Assembly (NCBI RefSeq): GCF_009914755.1
Contig: NC_060931.1
Direction: 5' to 3' (one strand)
DNA length: 64,000 nt
Source: the human T2T-CHM13v2.0 reference genome, Homo sapiens
Every line of letters begins with the position of its first letter. Position 1 is the stretch's first letter. The notes under the pieces are model-generated. The model did not search any database and had not been told where the DNA came from. It was given only the letters and a program-made list of their open reading frames with translations. A program made the translations under genes and the position numbers. Positions 1 through 41,080 of this stretch are shown here, one piece after another.

Positions 1-125
1 CCTGAGCCCAGTCCTGTCCCATGAGATGTGAAGGGCAGAGTGTAGCCCTTGCCACCTGAGTGGAGGAGACAGCCTCTTCCTGGCCAGAGAGGAGTATCAA
101 GGGAGGAAAGGTTACCAAGGTCCTA

Positions 126-23602
<23,477 letters not shown>

Positions 23603-25269
23603 GCTAGCTCCGCCTCGCTCGGCTCGCCGTCTGTCGTCGCGGCTCAGCAGGCGCTGGGGAAGGCGGGGTGGGGACACACAGGCCGCTCCCACCCAGGCTT
23701 TGTTCAGGGAGGGCTCAAACCCCCCACCGCGCGCGCCTTTCCCATGCACACCTCCACCCGCCCCGGGCCCGGCCGGTCCTGACCCCAGAGAGCAGCTCCA
23801 GCTCGCAGGAAGCCCAACGGGGGTGTAGGCCTTGTCTCCGCTTAAGATCCAGGAGGAGACCCTGAAAAGAAAATAAACCCAAGTCCACCCCTCTCGGGAT
23901 CCTAGAGAGTCTCCCTGCCCTTTTAGGTTACTCCATCGCCCTAGGGTTTCCAGATCGATTTTTCCTCTCTCTCACAAGTTTACAGAAGAAGCAGACTGAG
24001 CTGGGTTTAGATCCCTGCTCAGCCAATTCCATGTGGCCTTAGACCACTAACTTCTCTGTGCCTCAATTTCCCTATCTGTAAACTGGGGATCACCACATCT
24101 ACTTTATAGACTTGCAGTGAGCATTAAGTGAGATTATATAAGTAAAGAATTTAGAGTCGGTAGAGAGATGGTAAATGCTCAGTAAATAACAAATAATAAT
24201 AATAAGAACTCCTGATCTCTGAAATCATGGACACGACCAGTGTTTTCCTCTCTCCCCTATAAGTTTCTTTCCTGAACTCCACTCAACACCCCTACCCACC
24301 CCAGCAGTCCCAGGCTTGGCCCCAAATGCCAAGGCCGCCCTTCACTGGCTGGTCTCAGCCCCATTTCCCACTCCTGAGCTCAGGCCTGGCTGTGGGGTGA
24401 GCCTGGGTAGGGGGCAGGGCTGGGCCCTGGGCTCAGCAGGCAGAGGGGGCCAAAGGGAGGAAGTGAGGACAGCCGTCCCTGTGGGCCCACAGGCTGGGAA
24501 ACTCCTCCTTGAAGCTGGGAAGCAGAGGGTTGGGTCTCACAGGCGAAGCTCACAGGCAAAAAGGAACATTGAGGGCGGAGCTGTGAACCCTTCCAAAGCT
24601 CTCCCTCCCTGCCATAAAGACCAGAAGTCGGAAGCCACCCCTCCCCCTAGACCAGGCAGGGACTGAGGTCTCCCCAGCCCACTCTCCACCAAGCTTAAAG
24701 CTTCAGTAAGGAGACGGCAGCTTCTCTGCCCCAGAGTCTGGGCCCATAGTGGACCTGAGCCTTTGCCACAGGGGGCAGGGAGGCTGCAATGCCACGCTAA
24801 GACCTGGCCTCAGTGCCTGGAGCTGAGGTCACAGAGGAAAGCCAGGGCCAGCCAGCCAGAAGAGGAACAAGGAAGCGGCAGCACTATTCCTGGCAGGTTT
24901 AAGGAAGGTGGCTTTCATTGACCGGGTGCCTCTGGAAAGCAAGTCCTCTGAGGGGCTGGGTAGTGGGACGGTTCAGAGCACAGATTCTGGCAGGGTTGCC
25001 AGGGCGCATCCTGGAGCTCTTGCTTTCTGCTCTGGGGCCTCTGGCTGGTCACTTCACTTTTGGTGGCTGATTTTTCTGAACTGTGACTGGAGCTCTAACA
25101 GCACCCACCTCATGGAGTGTTTGTAAGGATTAGTAATGCATGGTGCTTGGCACAGAGGTATGAGCAATTTTTACTTCCCTTATGAAGAATGGGGGCACCT
25201 CCATCCCCATTTTACAGAAAGAATCAGAGAGAATCAGGGTGAGCAGCTCTAAACCACACTGGGAGGATG

Positions 25270-27300
25270 CACAGGGCTTCCCTCGCCCCACAGTCCCCTT
25301 CCAGTCCCTTGTGTCTTAGCCTCTGCCACTGAGCCTGGCCCCAGTCGGCCCTCATATCACATTCCCAGGGAGGGACACTGTCCTGACACAGAAAAGGTCC
25401 TCCAACCCCTGGGGTGCGGTGGGGTGGGGAGGCTGGGCCTTCACTTCACCCCCAAGGCAGGTGTTTGTAGTGTCTGATTCTGTGTGTGTGTGTCTGGGTG
25501 TGGCACATTTGTGTGTGTGTGTGTGTATGTAATGTGTGTTTGGCTGGAGGTGGGGGCTGAGGCTGGGGAGGCACTTTTGGGACTCAAGGGACCTTGACTT
25601 TGAAGGGGCTTCCAGGGACACTTTCGTCACCCCACTTGACGATAAGGATGTAGTCCCTTTCTCCTTGACAGTGTAGGTGACATTGTACACCCGGTTCCCC
25701 ATGTGCTTCACGTACACCTCCTCACAGGGGGTCTTGGGGCCGTGCACGCCCACCATCATCATGTTGGTGCCTGGAGAGGGAGGCAGAGGGACAGGCTCAC
25801 ACCAGGGAGTCCCCTACTGTGACCCACACCCTGCTCCCTGACGGCTTCTTGCTCACACCCCGGGAGACGCCCTCCCCCCGCCACCTGCCTGCTTTGCTGC
25901 AGTCCACGGTGAAGGAGTTCTTCTGGCCCACGAAGGCCTGGGACAGCCCAGGGCCCCGAGTCACCACCTGGCTGGCATCTGAGGAGAACTTGGGGATGGA
26001 GTTGTAGCTGGAGCCCCGGCTTGAGGAGGACTTGGTCACAGTCTCCACCAGAACCGTGGATGTTTCGTGAAGGCTGTGGCCTCCGGACAGCCTCGGACCT
26101 GAGGGGTGGGTGGAGGGGGCACAAACCTAGTCAGAAGGGCTTCCCGTTCTTCCCCAGGCAGGGGACCCTCGGCCAGCACTGCCACCCTGTGGGACTCACT
26201 GCCTGCATTTGAGGTTCCCCCCCAAATTCCTCCAAGGGCCACTCTAGGAGCACAGCCCCATTCCCAGCCAGGGCCCTGAGCTGCCAGCTCCAATTGGTGC
26301 TCCACCCTAGGGCTGGGGCCTCAGATGCTGCGTCCCTCATCCTTGCAGGCTTTGTCTGGGAACTCAGGCTAACTCACAGGGTAAGAGCCACTTTACAAAG
26401 GAACACCCACCCAACTCATCCTACAGACAGCCTCAAGAGGGGAAGCTTGCTCAATACCGACTGTGTCTTCTTGGAGCGGAGGAATATGGGAAGCCAGGAG
26501 GGAAGAAAGTGGTGCTAGAGCCTGAGGAGCCAGCGCAGGCCAGAGCTGAAGGAGTGAGGGGCCACGATGGAGAGGAAGAATGGCATTTTTACATGATCAT
26601 GCCCGACTCCACAGAACGTGTACTGTGTAGAGCCAGGCCCACCTCTAGCCCTGGTAAACTGACCATGATGTCTGGGGGCAGACTATGGCCTGGATGTGCA
26701 TGGCCACCGGAGCCCTCCAGGCTGGGCTGGGCTGCAGGCTGGGTGGACCTCCCCCAAACCGGCACTCACCAGTGACCTTGGCCTTGAAGGGGCTGCCCAC
26801 GATGTGCTGGGGGCCACCGTACTTGATGGCAATGAGGTAGTTGCCAGGGGCCATGGGAGTGTCAGTGACCACGTGGCCCTCAGGACACTCCCAACAGTCC
26901 AGCTGCACCTTGGTGGGGCCATCAATGGTGACAGACAAGGTCCCCGAGCAGGCGTTCAGGGCGTTCACATGATCTCTGATGACACACCTGGGGGCCAGAG
27001 GTAGCAAGGCTGAGGGCAGGAAGGGCTTGTGGCCCAAGATGGGCTGTGCCTCAGCTCCCTGGGCAGCCTCTGTGAGGGGCTGCCACTGCCCCATGCCCAG
27101 CCTGGCCCCTGCCTGCCAGCCCAGCCTGGGGGCAGGAGGAACCAGGGTCCAGTGTGCAGTCCACGGCACGTACCTGCTCTGAGGGGCACTGGCCTAGCTG
27201 TGCTGGGTACCAGGCAAATGAGAGGTGATATGCCCTGTCCTGGCTGAGGAAGGCAGAGCCCCACACTGTGTGAAGCAGTCTGAGGGCAGAAGGCAAGTGC
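25270..27300 (-). pseudogene. Unprocessed FLNC partial duplicate (last three exons: 26770-26987, 25889-26098, 25584-25770, plus part of the 3'UTR)
   Basis: Filamin Ig23-hinge2-Ig24 peptides ([30 protein letters not shown]; [11 protein letters not shown]...DCSKAG; [20 protein letters not shown]). Introns retained. 1-bp deletions near 26968 and at 25655-25657. Confidence 0.93.
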
Positions 27301-27499
27301 CTGATGGGCTGTGTCAGCTCTGGACGCATGAGCACTAAAATGTGGGAAGCTGAGTGTGGCTGGACTAACCTGGGAGAGCTTTGGGGAGGAGGCGGATCAA
27401 TGGGGAGGACTGGAAAGGCTCTAGGGGAAAAGGAAATAAACTTGTTGGGGGAGCCCCAGACCTGGAATATGAGGAGGGGATGCACAAGGGCTCCCGACG

Positions 27500-29495
27500 G
27501 GCTGGTAAAATCTCACAGCCAACCCCAGGGCCCCAGTGGAGTCCCAGGCGACAGTCCCCTCACTCCAGGAGCTGCAAGGCTTTGGTACCAGGGGGCCGCT
27601 AGGGGAGGAAGTGCCACAGCAGTCCTAGTAAGAGTGGCCAGACGGCAGGCGCCCTGCTGCCTCCAGGGTTGTTCTGGGTCGCATGTCTCCTTGCAAACCC
27701 ACACCCAGCTCAGGGAGAGGACAAAGGTTTTGCTGCATTGGGCCTGATCCTAAATCCCACCCCTCCAGGTGAGCTGTCCACACCCCAGGCCCTGCTGCTT
27801 GCCTGGTCCAAACAGGCTGAGGCTCTGGGGCAGCAGGTGCCCAGAAAGAAGCTTCTTTCGGCTTCCTCCGAGAGGCAAGGTGGGGGAAGACCAGGGTACA
27901 GGGGGAAAACCCCCAAGTAGGGCCTTCAGATGAAAGGGGGTGATTTCCCAGTGACTCCCTAGACTCTTGGATCCCCTCAGCCCCAGCCCCAGGCCCGACA
28001 GCTACGGGGTAGGGGGAGGATGGAGGTAGGGGGAGGGGAGGTCTTGACAGTTTTCTCTGTGGACACAGCCGGTGCACTTTCAGGCCCTGGGGACTGGGTC
28101 CACGGGGGCCCAGGCCCACTCCAGTCCTCTGCCCCCGCTCCCCGCTTCCCCTCCGCCCCCCTCCCCCCTCCCCTCCGCCCCCACCCCTCCCGCTGGCTCC
28201 GCGGGGGCACACCCCCTGGGCCAGCCCGTGGAGCCACCCTCACCCCCAGGGACGCTCCTCCTGCTGCTAGAGCAGCACCCCGGTCCTCGCCCTGCTGTGT
28301 CCAGCGGGGCCGCGAGGCTGGGGAAAGTCCCCCACTCCCGCCTCTGCTCCCGGGCACCTGCTCCCGCCCTCCCGGGTCCGGAGACAACCGCTCAAGGCCA
28401 GCGCTGGTCCTCGCCATCTTCCTCCAAATCCCAGCCATGCTAGTCTCACTTTTCCTCCACGTTCAGCCTCTTCATTGTTGCCTTCTTAAGTTCTGGGACA
28501 AGACCTACAGAAACCAGCCCAGGAACTATTGCGCCCCATCCTTCTCCGCTGCTCTGGGGGCCGGCGTCTACCATTCCCGGCCGCGAGCCCAGGGACGGAC
28601 GGAGCCTCTACCTGACACTATCTTCCCCCAAACTCTTGCACAATTCCTGCCATTGGCCTGAAGATCCCGGGGGATGAACGCTTTAAACCTCCACCTTTTT
28701 TTCCGAAAGGGTTAGGGTGACCCGGGAAGAGCGAGGGCGAGTGCATCGAAAGTAAGGATCGGGCCTCGCTCCTCTGTGGACCAAGCCAGCCTCCAGCAGG
28801 GCGCCTGGGAGCCCCCATTCTGGGCGATGGCGGGGTGGGGGTGGGGGGGTGGGAGCAGCAGAGCCTGCGCCCCCAGCTGCGGTGCCGACCTCGCCGCCTG
28901 GGCCTTGGGGTTCCCTGGGCGCCAGCACCTCAAACGGATCGGGGCGTGAGGGGCGCCTGGGAGGTCCCAGGCCGGCGGGGCGCGCCCTGCTGTAGGCACC
29001 CACCGAAGCTCGGTCTCCAGGCGCAGCTGGACGCGGACCCCGCCCTACTCCAGTCTTCATCCGGTCGCCCGCAGGTGCCTGAGGGGCGCGGGCCCTGGTT
29101 GAGGCCTAGACTTGTGGGTGGGCAACAGCCGGTACCGCTCCCACCACCTTCCGGACGCGGGGACGCGGGGACGCGGGGACGCGGAGAGGAGAGAGCGGCG
29201 GCCGGGACCCACCTGTCTGCGATGCTCCTGCGTGGCTGCGCCCTTGAGCACTGGTGGGGCGGCGGGGCCGAGCTGACTCTGCCCGGGCTGCGCTGGGTTC
29301 TTCTGCACCGCGCCGGCCCCGACCGGAGGGACCACTCGAGGAGGCTGGCACTTACCGGTGACTACTGACCTGGAGGGAGCATTGGGCCAGGCCCAGGGCC
29401 TGTAAGGAGACGCCAGACAGATAGCGCGGTGGCCTAGACGACCACTGGGCTTCTTCGGCAGTCTGGAACAGGGAAATAGTAATTCCATAACCTCA
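27500..29495 (-). repeat. Inverted duplicate of the IRF5 promoter/first-exon CpG island (source ~50625-52650)
   Basis: Reverse-complement similarity throughout, e.g. 28590-28830 vs 51330-51560; mirrored ORFs 28683-29060 vs 51115-51714. Confidence 0.93.
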
Positions 29496-29623
29496 AATTC
29501 CGCTCCGCGCCCCGCCCCCCGACTCCCCCCAGCTCTGAAGGGTCCGCAGGTCTTCCCCAGTCCATGCTATCGTTGAGCTCTGGCACCTGAAAGAGATGGT
29601 TTCCCGGGTCAAGAGCATTAGGA

Positions 29624-29925
29624 TGCCAGGTGGTGGCTTGCGCCTGTAATCTCAGCACTTTGGGAAGGCCAGGCAGGAGGATTGCTTGAGTCCAGAAGCT
29701 GACCAGCATGGGCAACATAAGGAGACCCAGTCCCTACAAAAATAATAAAAAGAAATTAGCCAGGCGTCATGGTGAGCGCCTGCAGTCCCAAGCTACTCTG
29801 GAGGCTGAGGCGGGAGGATCACTTGAGATGGGGAGGTCGAGACTGCAGTGAGCCATGATGGAGCCACTGTATTCTAGCCTGGGCAATACATTGAGAACCT
29901 GTCTCAAACAAAACAAAACAAAAAA
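29624..29925 (+). mobile_element. Old Alu (AluJ-like) inserted into arm B
   Basis: ggaggattgcttgag / gcagtgagccatgat diagnostics; degenerate TSD aagagcattagga / aaaaacatcaaga matching unbroken aagagcatcagga in arm A. Confidence 0.8.
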
Positions 29926-30117
29926 CATCAAGAGACGACTCGGGTTGGGGCAGGATGTCTCTTTTCTGCCTTTACACAGAGGGTAGCCCACATCCACAGA
30001 GCCAACTCATCCTCTTGCCCCTATGACATGTCCCCGCCTGGGCTGAGGTTTTGCTTCCAGAGGCCCTGCCCTCCAGGGCTCTGATGCCTGTGCAGCCACC
30101 TCAGTCTGCTCCCACAG

Positions 30118-30202
30118 GAAGGGACCATCACTTGCAACCAGAAGCCATGCCCAAGAGGACCCTGCCCTGAGCCAGGAGCATGCTGCCTGCACTGTGAGCC
30201 AG
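30118..30202 (+). pseudogene. Orphan copy of KCP exon 5a
   Basis: cccacag|EGTITCNQKPCPRGPCPEPGACCLHCEP|gtcagc, open frame with intact splice sites. Confidence 0.88.
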
Positions 30203-31770
30203 GTCAGCCTCCTGCCAGCCTCAGCCCCATCTCCTGCATGTCCACAGCCACGGCCTGCCACCTGAGAGTCAGCGAGTCTGGGACATGCCCAGGGGTGCCT
30301 ACCCACTCACTCCTGACAGTGGCCAGGGGAGTGCAGAACCCATACACAAGTCAGCAGATACTGGCTCTGGCCTGGGACTGAGCCAGAGACCATGGGGAAA
30401 CAGGCACAAAATCTTTTTCCTGCCCTCAGGGAGCCTCCAATCTAGTTGAGAAGATAAGCTCATAGCCAAGCTACCACAAGATTGAAGACCCAATGAGCAG
30501 ATTAAGAGGAGGTGTAGAAGGCAGTGCAGTGTGTATTTTGCCAGAGGAGGGCACAGGAGGCAGGGGAAGCCCGTCGAGGCTGGGCAGTCAGGGGGCCTTT
30601 ACAGACAATGGGTCCTTTGAGCTGGGTCTTCATGGGAAAGTGGGGTTCCACCTGAAGGAGAAGGAGTACGTGAGGGTCCTCTGGGCACAAGGACAGGGTG
30701 GAGAGAGGTGGGTTGCAGGAAGTCCATGTGGGAAGGCCAGTGGGAACAGGCTGCTGTAAGCCTTGCAATTAGGACTTTTTTCTATGGGCAGTGGGGGGTA
30801 TTGAAGGCTGAAGCAGCCTGTGGCATGGTCAAGGGGGTGCTTGAGGAATATTCACCTGGTGGGGGCTAGATGCAGACAGAGGCGTCGGGGCTGTGACAGC
30901 AGTTGTCTAGGCATGGAGCCAGGGATGGCAGTGGGCTGGAGAAAGGGGGATGTTTCTAAAGGACGGGCAGGAGCCGGTGACTGGCTGGATCCCCTGGAAT
31001 AGTGGAGGCCGAGCTTGGGACACTAGGATAGCAGTGGTGCCGGGGACATGAAGAGAGCTGGGAGGAAGAGGAGGTCATGGCTATGCAGGGAGGTGTTACT
31101 GGCTCATGGCGGGATAGGGTTGCCAGATTTAGCAAATAAAAATGCAGAATGTCCTGTTAAATTTGAATTTCAAATAAACAGCACAATTTTTTAGCATAAG
31201 CTCAGAGTCACAGTGGGAATAAGCTGTAGAGAATGGAATCAATTTGAGGTCCTTAGGATCCTGGGGCCTGGCCAGGCCTGTCCACACTGACCTCCAGCCA
31301 AGTAGCCTGGCCCTATCCTTGGCACGACCTACTAGGTGTTCTCCCTAGAAATGTTATCGTCATGAGAAGTCCAAGCCTCCTCGCCATCCCTGGTCACTGT
31401 GACTCTCAGCTGCTTCTTGCCCAGCTCACCCCCTGCTCTGCCCAGTCCCACACCCCAGCACCCCCACCTGCCCTCTTCATGCCTCTGTCAGAGCCCCTGA
31501 ATATTGCTGGACAGCATCTCACCACTCCATTGCTTCCATGGCAGACTCGTGGCCACAAACATCAATGAGCACTGGACATTGCCAGAAATCCTCCTACAAT
31601 CTCTTGGCAAATCGTTCTCCCCCTCCCTGAGAGGAGCATTTTTTTTTTTAACCTTCCAATGGTTCTGCCCCTTACTTGCCATATGATCTTGGCAAGTTAT
31701 TGAACCTAAGTCTCAGGTCCTCCCCTACGAAACAGGGGTAATAAGAGCACTTCTGTCTTTGCTCTCGTTA

Positions 31771-32540
<770 letters not shown>

Positions 32541-34576
32541 CTGGAATGAGGTACAGCTGAGAGGATTTGCATAAGAGATGGCCAGCACAGGTGTTAAGTA
32601 GGATAATACACACAGAAAACTTTTTACAGTGCCCAGCACATTTTAAGCACCACAATCTGTTATTATTTTCATTGTCATAATCATCATCTCCCTCTGAGGT
32701 CCAAACCGAAAAGTCAATGTTAACATTTTTTAAAAATCTGCAACAGAAGGTAAAGAAGCTTCTGGAAAACTCACCCTATAAAGTGAAAGCCCAGGGCCCC
32801 GAGGAAAGGGTGTTATTTGCAAGGCACTTGAGTTCCACAGTTGAGTATGATCACTGTGTGCCTCTTTTTTGGGTGCCAGGCACTGTGCTCGATGCAGGGG
32901 TACAGTAGTGAATGAGACAGGGTCCTGCCCAGAACCTTCTGGGAAATGAGACTCCTGGTAAAGGGAACCACATGAGCACTGGGCTCAGGTCCACACAAAT
33001 GTCAGGCTTGGAATAAGCATCTGGCCTGTTTTTCTCTGCTGGGCTGGGGGGACCGTGGTGCAGCCTTTCTGACCAGAAACAGCTCTTTCTTTACAAGAAG
33101 AGGATTTGGCTAGAGAAAGAAAGAAGGAATGGCTTGGGCCCAGGTTTGAGTCCTCGCTTGGCCTGGAAGCCCCTCTGTGGGGACACTGCTGGTTCCCTTA
33201 CCGTGATGCGTGGGCCCCTGGGAGGCATATGGCCGCAGTAGCAGCATATGATGCTGAGGCGGGCGCAGTTCAGAGTCAGTGAGTTCAGAATTCAATTCCT
33301 GTGCTCCCACTTACTAACTGCCCTGAGTGTCCTCTAATTCTCCCTCCTCTCCTCCTCTGCCATTTATTCCCTGTCCCTCTTGGTCTCCTACAGACGGCAT
33401 CACTCTGTGCTTTCATGCCTTCTGGTTTCCTATTGGTTCCACCAATGAGAGGCCCCAGCAGGGGATGAGGGGGCAGGAGGGAGAATGGTTGGGGTATTTC
33501 TTTCCCGACCTCCTTCTGCTCTGCCTGGGCTCCCGATGTTACACTATTCCTTCCTCTTGTCCCCTCGAACCGGGAGGTGGCAGTGGTTTCCTGCTACTGT
33601 TAGTCCCTGGGGGGCCTCAACATTCCTTGCTGTTCATTATAACCATGTCTGCAGATCTGTGAACAGCTCCTTCTTTACATTCTCTTTAGCTAAATCGTTT
33701 TTGGGGGAATTCTGTTTCCTCCTGGGTCCTTAATTGATAGGCTAACCTTATCCACTCGCTCCACCGAGTTACTCAACCACCCCTAAGCCCAAACCCTTCA
33801 TCTGTAAAATGAAGTAATACCCCCTACCTTAAGCTGGGATAATTCGACCGGGCAAACTTAATACATTGGTTCACACCTGTGTGTGTTGTACCTGGCACAC
33901 AGGAGACCCCAGCATAAGGGACTCCCCATTCTTACCACCTTTGGGTTGCACTCTTCACAGTAGCAGGTTGGTTTTTTCTCTGAGTTTGGTGGCTAGAAGC
34001 AAAAGGTCACTGTGGGGAGGGAGGCAGAGAAGGGATTAGTAAATGATTAGATTTTTCTGCTTCATTTGATATCTTTTAAATCACGACAGTTGTGATAAAT
34101 GAAATAAGCTGACGGGCCAGCTGAGCAGCCCCAGTGGGCGGGGGGATGTGCTTTTTATCAGAGATCTGAGATTCTAATCCCACAACTCTTATCTCACAGC
34201 CTGGCGACATCTTTCGTAAATTCAGACTATGTAGCCCACCAGTCCCCTCCCGGGAGGAATTTCCTTTGCCCGTCCTTAAAATGCCCCAACAGGTCCACCT
34301 CACTGCATTCCAGGCACAGTGCCAAGCGGCAGTGTTGCCCACTCAAGTACGAAATGTCAATCCACACCCCTGGCCGGCCGGGTCACACTCAGGGTTGGGA
34401 CCCAATACTTCCTTGTTGGATGGAACCTGCTGGGATTTGAGGAGTGTGTGTGAGTTTTTTTTGTTTCCAGTATAGAAAGACCAATGCACTCAGATTGCAA
34501 TATATATATATAGAACTATATATAATAAACATATAAAAAAAGATGTATATCTTTTTATATGTAATATATACAATAA

Positions 34577-34901
<325 letters not shown>

Positions 34902-35265
34902 CACATTGCATATCTGAACCCCATGCCACAGCCTGCCCCTGGGGACTGGGCAGGAGGTTTACAGGCACTCACACAGTGACCCCCCGCCAAGCCTGGAGGT
35001 TCTGCAGCCTGGAGGAAAACTTGCCAGTAGAGCCTCATGCCTCTTCGCACCTGGGGCTTCTTTAATCCCTTTTGACTTCTCAAAGGCTGACACCTGGGGA
35101 TCCTATTAGGGTACGGAGAAGCTAAGAGGTTTGGGGAAGTGTGCTCCCCGCCTGGCATTTTCTCTTCCCACCACGGCTCTTCCTGTCCTTCCTGGCCTTG
35201 CTCTCAAACTTCCACAGTGCCCCCCCTCACAGTCCAGTAGGACTGTCTGCGATGATGGACATGTT

Positions 35266-35425
35266 CTAGATCTGTGCTGTCCAATATAGTGGCCACATAA
35301 AGCTATTGGCACCTGTCATACGGCTAGAGCAACTGAGTGTCTGAATTTTTCATTTTAATTAATTTCATCACTTTAATGTAACTAGCCATATGTAGCTAGT
35401 GACTACCGTACTGGGCAGCACATAT
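35266..35425. mobile_element. hAT-Charlie MITE (MER3-like)
   Basis: ctgtgctgtccaatatagtggccaca...tagctagtgactaccgtactgggcagcaca. Confidence 0.65.
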
Positions 35426-36659
35426 TTAGACATTGAAGGCCCCAGTTCTCGAGACAATTTACTTCCACGGGCTGAGAAAGTTTTATAACAGATCCGCAAT
35501 GGCTATGATGTGAATAAGACCCCCTAGAGTTGTGAGGCACCAAGCTCCCCCTGTAGCAGCCCCGGTTTCAGGAGCCCCCCTCTGCACCCGATAGGGCAGT
35601 GATAATGACTCCTGGGCCGAGTCCTCTATGGGCACCAGGCCCATGCCAGGTGGGTTACACGGACAATGGTGATTTGTGCTCACAGCTAGGAGGTAGGTGC
35701 TATGATGGTCCCCAGGAAACTGGGACTTGGATAATTTAAGAGGCTCAGGCAGAGGAGAGGAGCTGGTTCTCCAACCCAGCTCTGGCGGGCCCCAGACTCT
35801 CCGCCACAATAGAGACCTCTGCTGGCACCCCCCAGCCCCTGTACCTGCCCCATACCTTCCAAGTGGCTTCTCGGCACACTGAGAAGTTCAGCTTCTCCAT
35901 GGTTTCCACAGCACTGGGTCTTCCCTCTGCTACGGCATCCAGGCTTATCTCCTCGGGCGCCAGCCCAGGGGTGCCCTGGGAGCTGGGCTTTGCCATCTCT
36001 GCACTCCCCTGCTTTTTTGGTGGGGAGAATGGCCCTGGGGGTTATTTGGATGGGCACACACAGGGGGTCTCTCCTCTAACTGCCTCAAACCATATGCAGT
36101 GCCCAGGAATTGGGTTGGGGGGCGGTCCTGAGACTCAGAAGCCCCTTTGGCCCCTGCTCCTGTGATCTTGATTTGTGGCTGCAGAATTCAGACCCCCAAC
36201 AGACCAACCTGTTGGCGTTGAGCAGCCTGGGGGCTGGGTGAGGAGGGCGTATAGCCTACACCTGCCAAGGGCCCTATGCTTTGGAGCAGCTCAGCACCTG
36301 TCAGCTATTCTCTTGACTCCGTTAGTAGTCAGGCCCTGAATTGCCAATATTTGCCTTCCCCGGCTGGCTGGCCAGAGGAGACATTATCTCTCAGGAGCTT
36401 GGGTCAAGACTAGCCAAGGGTCCTCTGGACAACAGCCTGTCCTCACAGCACCATAAGTCCCACCCCACTGTTTAGAGGCAAACAGGACCTTAGACAGCAG
36501 CCGAGGCCATGGAATGGCAGCTGCTGCTGCTAAGTAATATGAAGTAGGAGCGTCCAATGCAAGGGGGTAGTTAGAGGCCAGTGGATCAAAACCGCAGCTG
36601 GGGCCCTCCCAGGGCACCAGATGTCCTGGCACCCAGTGGTGATCTCAGGCCGCTCCCCT

Positions 36660-41080
<4,421 letters not shown>

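Larger units (their letters stand above)
29578..31200. repeat. Inverted repeat arm B (copy of KCP 18200-19519)
   Basis: Reverse-complement match; contains an Alu absent from arm A and half of the MER53. Confidence 0.95.

Noticed and set aside
25270-27300. Functional FLNC gene
   Set aside because: Only the last three exons, two frameshifts, truncated 3'UTR
27500-29495. Second IRF5 gene
   Set aside because: Copy ends ~2.3 kb before the equivalent of coding exon 2; no IRF coding sequence
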